DNA of 64,000 nucleotides from the NCBI GenBank assembly GCA_036229005.1, contig JAZAMN010000016.1:1-64000 (forward strand). Reading direction: 5' to 3'. This document shows, piece after piece, positions 58,501 through 64,000 of the stretch. Each line of letters starts with the position of its first letter. The first letter of the stretch is position 1. Under the pieces are notes generated by a model. That model worked only from the letters and a program-made list of their open reading frames with translations. It was not told the origin of the DNA and searched no databases. This DNA is from Myxococcota bacterium. Lineage in GTDB: Bacteria; Myxococcota_A; UBA796; CAJQPC01. The translations under genes and the position numbers were made by a program.

Positions 58501-59527
58501 CGCCCTCCAGAGGCAGCTGCGGATCGTGGAGCTCCCCGCTCTGATGCGCACCACCGCGCCCACGCTGGACCTCGACATCGAGGCCGCCGCCCGCGCCTTC
58601 GAGGACACCCTGGAGACCCTCCCCGCCCGCCCCCTCAGCAACAAGGAGGCCCGCCAGCTCCTCGCCGACCAGCACAAGCACTGGGAGACCCTCCTCTCCG
58701 GCGCCGGGGGCATCTTCACCGACAACGGGCAGGCGCGCTCCCCCTTCCACGACCCCCACGACGCGCAGGTGGGCCGCCAGGGGGCCGCGGAGGTCTGGCT
58801 GGATCTGGGCGCCGAGCAGCTTCGGTTCACCGCTCTGCGGAATGCGTGGAAGGCCACCGTCAACGATCCCCCCGCAGCCGAGGACATCCTGGCCCTGGAG
58901 CAGGCCACCGGCGAGCTCTTCGCCGAGGTCTTCCGCGGCCGCCTCGTCGTGGTCCAGGACCCGGGCGCCAGCGGCGACCAGATCGTCGAGCGCCTGGCCC
59001 TGCGCTCCCCCCTGGGCAGCCGCGTGCGCGTGCTCTCCTCCCAGAACATCAAGGGCACCGGCCTGGACCTGGTCTACGCCTTCTTCAACAGCCGGCGCCC
59101 CATGAGCTGGGCGCTGGAGCTGCGCGCCACCGACGCCGGCACCCGCTCCCGCGCCCTGGAGCAGCTCCAGGGCTGGCACCAGTGGTCCCTGCCCCTGGTC
59201 CACGAGCTCCTGCGCCAGCTCACCCTGCTCGCCCAGGGCGGCGGCGTCAGCGAGCTCCAGGCCGCGCTGGAGCAGGAGCGCACCCGGCGCCGCCAGGCCC
59301 TGGGTCATCAGAGCGCCGGCACCCAGGGCCTGGGCCCCCTGGAGTCCCTGGTCGACCCCCTGCTCTCCATCCGCCGCCGCTGGGCCGCCGACCGCATCAT
59401 GGACGACCTGGCCCACGGCCGGATCAGCGAGGCCCTCGCCGAGCACGAGCTGCGCGCCCTGACCTACGAGCAGCGCGGCGAGATCATCGAGGACAGCCCC
59501 CCCACCGGGCCCGGCCTGCTGAGCTGA
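55595..59527 (+). CDS. pgsB: Giant PgsB/CapB poly-gamma-glutamate synthetase (Mur-ligase fold) with an N-terminal HEAT-like extension
   Basis: GGWGTRGKS, KTTG, WECMAL, TITNTYPDHEDIQGP, HPNN, FTNGSSANE, NNRYDRVARS, QNIKGTG match the PgsB motifs in order. Confidence 0.9.
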   Translation: MSGLRPRPGPQTGAGRALSLWLPPLLVRVRAEWVDRLGMRLEADMGANLPELPDVGFSRVVAVAGEQLLDQRRELVRQRRELQVAATRAQGSHELRSVLQHFLRSTVRDERSLAKDIRALGRSLDVTALTERVDKRIHGCGVELEMLAHVLAHHPLRGPAALLLDSLLDDPRPQTRRAATQTLAGWAVLVLGSGKDRDGALTDLAPAQLERLMGLREHPDVLTGVRALQVLAGLPGPQAQHELRQTLRGEDGVESDFFLRAAAIRLMVEVSPEAARDAYMIARVDPSETVRCALVDALSETATPGARALLQRLRVDDPARSVRTRASRAVRVATPTPDPSPPVQRLRGLRFGQQDTLTLPADMSPLQLAEELLPLTDRDHGFGIEALDARRVRVHRGEQRVLRAWRLLHELRRGDPGKRQYGDHLSGRSMPGEILVPPARMADVSPTDVPARPVLAEQWGSWGPWLPLPDHCIDALWEGDKTLLTRQGRTRLQPPVGVPARVRAAMALSTRIEHYDQLREQALQGRDAGARRAYTQALEALGFRLDFVPAASGDARLPEMFPPPKQELLLGLAPAAGAALLDSAMDLLSQRSLQPVDLMFLSGGIASVFFGRLVLSHQRTARARARIPLVVGGWGTRGKSGVARLKAAFFEGMGLDVVCKTTGCEAMFLRAFHGRPATEFFLFRPYDRASIWEHADVLQRSADMGAEVFIWECMALRTAYVEQLQLFWTRDDLSTITNTYPDHEDIQGPSGQDVAETISAFMPRGAKAITTEQQMTPILRDRARERDTELVEVDQEEIDTLPADLVARLPYQEHPNNITLVAQLAETLGVDRQEAVVLMADHVVPDLGSLATFPELRLRGRSVEFTNGSSANERTGFLNNWRRCGFEGHDPERDAGDFLVLVVNNRYDRVARSQVFADILVNDAPAHRMVLIGTNLEGLRTYIDTALAQRIANIEIFGGGPELVLARFAALQRQLRIVELPALMRTTAPTLDLDIEAAARAFEDTLETLPARPLSNKEARQLLADQHKHWETLLSGAGGIFTDNGQARSPFHDPHDAQVGRQGAAEVWLDLGAEQLRFTALRNAWKATVNDPPAAEDILALEQATGELFAEVFRGRLVVVQDPGASGDQIVERLALRSPLGSRVRVLSSQNIKGTGLDLVYAFFNSRRPMSWALELRATDAGTRSRALEQLQGWHQWSLPLVHELLRQLTLLAQGGGVSELQAALEQERTRRRQALGHQSAGTQGLGPLESLVDPLLSIRRRWAADRIMDDLAHGRISEALAEHELRALTYEQRGEIIEDSPPTGPGLLS

Positions 59528-59539
59528 GCCGGGCTGGCC

Positions 59540-61720
59540 TCAGTCCTCGGGCACCCACTCCGGCGCCCGCGCAGTGAGCGTCAGCGTGTAGGTCCCCGCC
59601 GCACCTCGCAGGCGCAGGAAGTCCCAAGGATGGGGGGTGCCCACGGAGAGCCCGGCGGTGAGCCCAGAGGCCTCCTGCCACGAGATCACCGCCACCTCAT
59701 CCACCGCGACCACGCCTTCGCCCTCCTCCGGCGGCCGGGCCCGCACCTGGAGCTGGAGCGCCCGGGGGTTGTTCTCGCGGTCCGTCACGTCGTCCGTGTC
59801 CGGCGGCATGGCCAGATCGGACCAGTGCATGCGCCACTGATCGTCCGGGAGCGCGCGGATGGGCACTTGCTCGCCGAACTCCCGCTCCCCCTCGCTGGCG
59901 CGGATGGTGGCCTCGAGCTGCACGGGCACCTGGGCGTCGCTCCACACGTAGGCCAGCACGCTCAGGCGCTTGATCGGCGCGTCCAGCGCGTCGCCCTCCA
60001 CCCGGATGCGGTTGCGGAAGGTGACCACCACGTCGGAGTCGTTGGTGGACCCGCGGGTCATGCACAGGCCGGCCACCCCCCGGTAGGCGTGGCTCACGCA
60101 GGCAAAGCGGGACTCCGAGCCCAGCAGCCAGCGGCTGGCCTCCAGCAGGTCCTCGTCCACGTCGTCGTCCTCGAAGCCGCCAAAGAGCAGCAGGTCCCGC
60201 CCCAGCGCGCCCTCCAGGTCCCCGTCGCTGCGCACGAAGGCCAGGGACTCGGCGGGGTCCAGGTGCTCCCGCAGGTCCAGCACCGCCACGCCGCCCTCGG
60301 GGATCTCCACCGTCAGCGACAGATCGCGCTCCTGCACCCGCCGCGTGCCCGCGTCCCCGCTCACCTGCAGCCGCCCGTTGTTGGGCGCCACCACCGCGTC
60401 GTAGTCGCGCCCGCTCCACATCACCCGCCGCAGAAAGCGCGCCGCCAGCGGGCCCACCATCGGCCGCGGCCGGTAGTCCTCCAGGTAGATCGGCGTGGCC
60501 TGCGCCCCCGACCAGGCCGCGCCCTCCAGCTCCACCTCCAGGATCAGCCCCAGGAAGGTCTCCAGGCGCTGCTGGTCGAAGATGAAGTTCCCCAGGCTGT
60601 GGGCCACCAGCACGCCGTCTCGCACGTCAAAGCCCTGGGCGATGTGCGGGTGGTGCCCCACCACCAGGTCCGCCTGCTCGGCCGCCAGCGCGAAGCGGGT
60701 CGCCGTGTACTCCGAGGGCGCCTCGCTGTACTCCTTGCCCGTGTGGAGCTGCGCGATCAGCGTGCGCCCCAGTGCCGCCACCCGCAGGCTCTCGACCACG
60801 CCGTCGTCGTCGGTCAGGTCCGCCGCCCCGCCCTGGGTCTCGCTCGCGACGTACTCGATCTCGTGCATGGACCCCGTCACCGAGGTCGCCGACCACAGGC
60901 TGTAGGGCCGCCCGTCCGCGTCGAGCTCATAGGCCGCGAACGCCTCCTCCGGGGTCAGCCCCGCGCCGCTGTGCCCCAGCCCGGCGTCCTCGACCGCGGC
61001 CAGAGTGTCGACGACTCCCTGCTCCAGGTAGTCGTAGAGGTGGTTGTTCCCAAGCGACACGTACCCAAAGCCCGCCTCGACCACCGCATCCAGGGTCTGG
61101 GGGAGGGAGAAGAACACGTAGTCCTTGGTCGGATGTGGGCTCACCGGCTCCACAGTCGCTGGGCTCTCGAAGTTGAGGATGCGCTGATCGGCCCCAGCGA
61201 GGAGCGGCGCGACCCAAGCAAAGGTCTGCTCTGCGCCGGGCTTTGGGTCACTGGCCTGGATCAGCGCCTCGGGGTCGTCGGGGGGGATGGCGTCCAGCGG
61301 CGTGCTCTCGTCCGTGTCCACGAAGCGGCGGCCAAAGCCCGTGTCCCCGGCGAACAGGAAGCGGGTGCGCCCCGAGACCCGCGGACGCAGCACGATGGGG
61401 TCCAGGGTCAGGCCGTCCACGCTGGCCGGCTGCAGCAGGGCCACCGGCACCACCACCGGGTAGAAGCCCTCGGCCTCCACCTCCAGCAGGCCATTGGCTC
61501 GGTCCAGCCCCGAGAACGAGAAGCTGCCGTCGGCCGCCGCAGTGACCTCCCGCTCCTGGATGCGCAGCGCGGTCACGCCCAGGCTGCCGCCCTCCGCGGG
61601 ACTAAGGGATCCCCCTAGGGAGATCTGCTGGGCGAACAGAGCCTCCCGGGCCTGCACCTCGAACTCCGGGAAGGTCTCACCCTCCGGAGATCCGCACGAC
61701 ATCAGCGTTATCAGCAACAC
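59540..61720 (-). CDS. capA: CapA/PgsA-family (metallophosphatase-fold) lipoprotein with extra N- and C-terminal domains
   Basis: FAGDT..GR, LNFES, SLGNNHLYDY, HSGAG, LHTGKEY, GHHPHIAQG, HSLGNFIFDQ; VLLITLMSC lipobox. Confidence 0.92.
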   Translation of the reverse strand: MLLITLMSCGSPEGETFPEFEVQAREALFAQQISLGGSLSPAEGGSLGVTALRIQEREVTAAADGSFSFSGLDRANGLLEVEAEGFYPVVVPVALLQPASVDGLTLDPIVLRPRVSGRTRFLFAGDTGFGRRFVDTDESTPLDAIPPDDPEALIQASDPKPGAEQTFAWVAPLLAGADQRILNFESPATVEPVSPHPTKDYVFFSLPQTLDAVVEAGFGYVSLGNNHLYDYLEQGVVDTLAAVEDAGLGHSGAGLTPEEAFAAYELDADGRPYSLWSATSVTGSMHEIEYVASETQGGAADLTDDDGVVESLRVAALGRTLIAQLHTGKEYSEAPSEYTATRFALAAEQADLVVGHHPHIAQGFDVRDGVLVAHSLGNFIFDQQRLETFLGLILEVELEGAAWSGAQATPIYLEDYRPRPMVGPLAARFLRRVMWSGRDYDAVVAPNNGRLQVSGDAGTRRVQERDLSLTVEIPEGGVAVLDLREHLDPAESLAFVRSDGDLEGALGRDLLLFGGFEDDDVDEDLLEASRWLLGSESRFACVSHAYRGVAGLCMTRGSTNDSDVVVTFRNRIRVEGDALDAPIKRLSVLAYVWSDAQVPVQLEATIRASEGEREFGEQVPIRALPDDQWRMHWSDLAMPPDTDDVTDRENNPRALQLQVRARPPEEGEGVVAVDEVAVISWQEASGLTAGLSVGTPHPWDFLRLRGAAGTYTLTLTARAPEWVPED

Positions 61721-61872
61721 AGGGGGCTGCCTCCTGCCGAGACCCAGGCTAGCACGCCAGGCCCCGCTCGGCGCCGTCACTAACGCGCCCCTGTCAGGTG
61801 GCCTCAAAGCCCTTCGGGGAAGCCCGACAACACGATAGTGTGGTCCCGACCCAGTTCCACTTGGAGAGACCC

Positions 61873-64000
61873 ATGTCTCGCTTCGCCCCCGCCCTGCTCC
61901 TGAGCCTCGCGGCCTGTTCCACCCAGAGTGTCGACTCCGACACCACCGCCCCCTCGCACATGCAGCCCACCTCGGCCGCTGTGAAGGGCGCTGGCTGCGC
62001 CTTCCAGGACAGCGACTGGACCGGCCGGGCGAACCTGCTGCTGGACGACCGCTTCGACGAGGTCGGCAGCATCCGCGTGGACGGCGACACCCTCTCCACG
62101 GCGGAAGAGGTCACCCACCTGCTCCAGAGCGGCAGCGACGCGCAGGTCCAGTGGGCCACCCTGGCCGTCAACGTGGCCATGAACGACGCGGGCATCTACG
62201 GCCAGTACGCCGACTTCGGCGCCGCTGAGCTCACCGAGGGCGCCTACCAGGGCAGCACCGCCCGCGACCTGCTCAGCCTCGCGGGCACCGCCGCCGGCGA
62301 CGCCTCCCTGGTCGAGGCCATGGGCACCCTGAACTCCGGGTTCTCCGGCTGTCAGGCCAACTGGTACCTGGTGGACTGCACCGACGTCGACGGCGACGGC
62401 ATCCCCCTGGAAGAGGACTGCGACGACGCGGACGCCCGCATCGGCGCCGAGCTCTACAGCTCCGAGCTGGGCAGCGACGACGGCGACTTCCAGCCCACCA
62501 CCCAGCTCGGCGATGACTGGGCCTGGGACGGCGACTCCACCTACGCCACCGACGGTGGCCAGGAGGTCCAGCTCGGCACCTTCGTGTCCGGCACCGACTT
62601 CCCCGCCAACTACGTGGTCTACGCCAACGTCACCGCTCAGGGCACCGAGCCCGGCTGCGGCTTCGACTGCCTGGAGAGCTGCGGCGACTACGTCCCCGAG
62701 GACGACTGCTACACCGACTACCAGGCCCTCGCGCTGGGCATCCTCAGCTTCGAGGTCACCGGCTCCGGTCAGGCCACCCTGACCAACTCCGGCGACTACG
62801 ACGTCTGCATGGAGGGCTACGCCATGTGGGACCACGCCGGCAGCCAGTCCCTGGTCGTGGGAGAAGACGTGCTCTCCGGCGCCGACTACCGCATCCCCGC
62901 TGGCGGCAGCCTGGACCTCTACTACGGGTCCTGGACCACCGACAACGGCGCCTACAGCCCCTACCTCGATGAGCCCAGCTTCTGGTGCTACCAGAACGGG
63001 ACCACCCTGTCCCCGGGCACCGCCTACAGCTCCATCGGCGCCTGGCTGCCGGAGGACATGCAGTACTACGTCGGCACCGAGACCGACGAGGACTGCGACT
63101 CCGTCACCGACCAGGAGGACTGGACCGACTCCCTGGGCGTCCAGACCCAGCACAACCTCTGGGACTACCAGGACACCCACGCCGCCGTGGCCATCGGCAA
63201 GCTCGCCGAGAGCACCAGCAGCGGCACCGTCCAGGTCACCCTCACCGCCCAGAACCGCGGCGCCGTGAGCACCACCGCCACCGTGACCGACACCGTGCCG
63301 GCCACCTGGTCCCTGGTGAGCTGCGATGTCACCCCCGACACCGAGTCCACCAACAGCGACGGCTCCACCGAGCTGACCTGGGACATCGCCTTCGGCGGCT
63401 GCACCAGCGACTGCGCCAGCTACGACGAGACCGTCATCACCTGCGAGATCGTCTCCAACCTCTCCGTCGACATGGACATCGTGGAGCTGCCCCAGGCCTC
63501 CGCTGACTACTTCGACGGCTCGGACGACGAGACCTCCTACTCCATGCAGGCCGCCGCGTTCGACTACGACTTCGACGCCGACGGTCAGGTCCTCTGCGGC
63601 GAGACCGAGCGCTGGCGCGCCGGCATCCTGGTCCGCGCCTCCGTCGACTCCGACCAGGACGAGGGCTACAACGGCTACCGCTGCGCCCTGGCCAACAACG
63701 CCGAGGAGGAGTGCTTCGACCCCGGCCACTTCCTGCAGATCGGCGAGTTCATGGACGCCCCGGAGGACGGCATCAACTCGGAGTGTGAGGGCACCTGCGA
63801 CAACCCCACCTTCGACCAGCTCGCCCGCGCCGACCACGACGGCAGCACCGACCTGAGCGCCGGCGACAGCGCCGCCCTGACCTTCTGGGTCTACGGCGAG
63901 GAGCTCTACTGCGCCGCCGCCGACTCCAGCGGCAGCACCTTCGCCGAGGCCACCGCCAACGACGACAGCTTCCCCGAGGGCGAGACCGGCTTCTCCACGC
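61873..64000 (+). CDS. Large acidic Cys-rich lipoprotein, truncated at the window end (absent from the ORF track)
   Basis: GGAG RBS; MSRFAPALLLSLAAC lipobox; frame open to 64000; DVDGDG...DCDDAD motif; DUF11-like 'N.G...ATVTDTVP..W' segment. Confidence 0.85.
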   Translation, partial: MSRFAPALLLSLAACSTQSVDSDTTAPSHMQPTSAAVKGAGCAFQDSDWTGRANLLLDDRFDEVGSIRVDGDTLSTAEEVTHLLQSGSDAQVQWATLAVNVAMNDAGIYGQYADFGAAELTEGAYQGSTARDLLSLAGTAAGDASLVEAMGTLNSGFSGCQANWYLVDCTDVDGDGIPLEEDCDDADARIGAELYSSELGSDDGDFQPTTQLGDDWAWDGDSTYATDGGQEVQLGTFVSGTDFPANYVVYANVTAQGTEPGCGFDCLESCGDYVPEDDCYTDYQALALGILSFEVTGSGQATLTNSGDYDVCMEGYAMWDHAGSQSLVVGEDVLSGADYRIPAGGSLDLYYGSWTTDNGAYSPYLDEPSFWCYQNGTTLSPGTAYSSIGAWLPEDMQYYVGTETDEDCDSVTDQEDWTDSLGVQTQHNLWDYQDTHAAVAIGKLAESTSSGTVQVTLTAQNRGAVSTTATVTDTVPATWSLVSCDVTPDTESTNSDGSTELTWDIAFGGCTSDCASYDETVITCEIVSNLSVDMDIVELPQASADYFDGSDDETSYSMQAAAFDYDFDADGQVLCGETERWRAGILVRASVDSDQDEGYNGYRCALANNAEEECFDPGHFLQIGEFMDAPEDGINSECEGTCDNPTFDQLARADHDGSTDLSAGDSAALTFWVYGEELYCAAADSSGSTFAEATANDDSFPEGETGFST

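Overview
High-GC bacterial DNA, most consistent with an uncultured Myxococcota-like organism. This is inferred from MYXO-CTERM-like sorting tails, many FG-GAP/TSP3/Cys-Asp repeat lipoproteins and a TraB-like OmpA barrel. The first ~43 kb holds housekeeping and accessory genes: a QEGLA peptidase, dinB, two radical SAM enzymes, an amidoligase, a pseudouridine synthase, Dps, a sirtuin, an IorB-like molybdoenzyme, a class V aminotransferase, def and a GMC oxidoreductase pair. It also holds three tandem paralogue pairs, surface proteins, REP/MITE-like elements and a ~2 kb lower-GC insert. The main highlight is an ~18 kb locus (43768-61720) that looks like an expanded, diderm-type poly-gamma-glutamate (or related poly-amino-acid) synthesis and export system. 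It contains a membrane sensor-like protein, a tandem PgsC/CapC fused to a large extracytoplasmic region, an unknown 803-aa exported protein, a putative PGA-hydrolase-like protein, a 1351-aa protein ending in a probable outer-membrane beta-barrel, a giant PgsB/CapB with HEAT-like repeats, and a convergent CapA lipoprotein. All calls rest on motif recognition by eye; no database searches were run.
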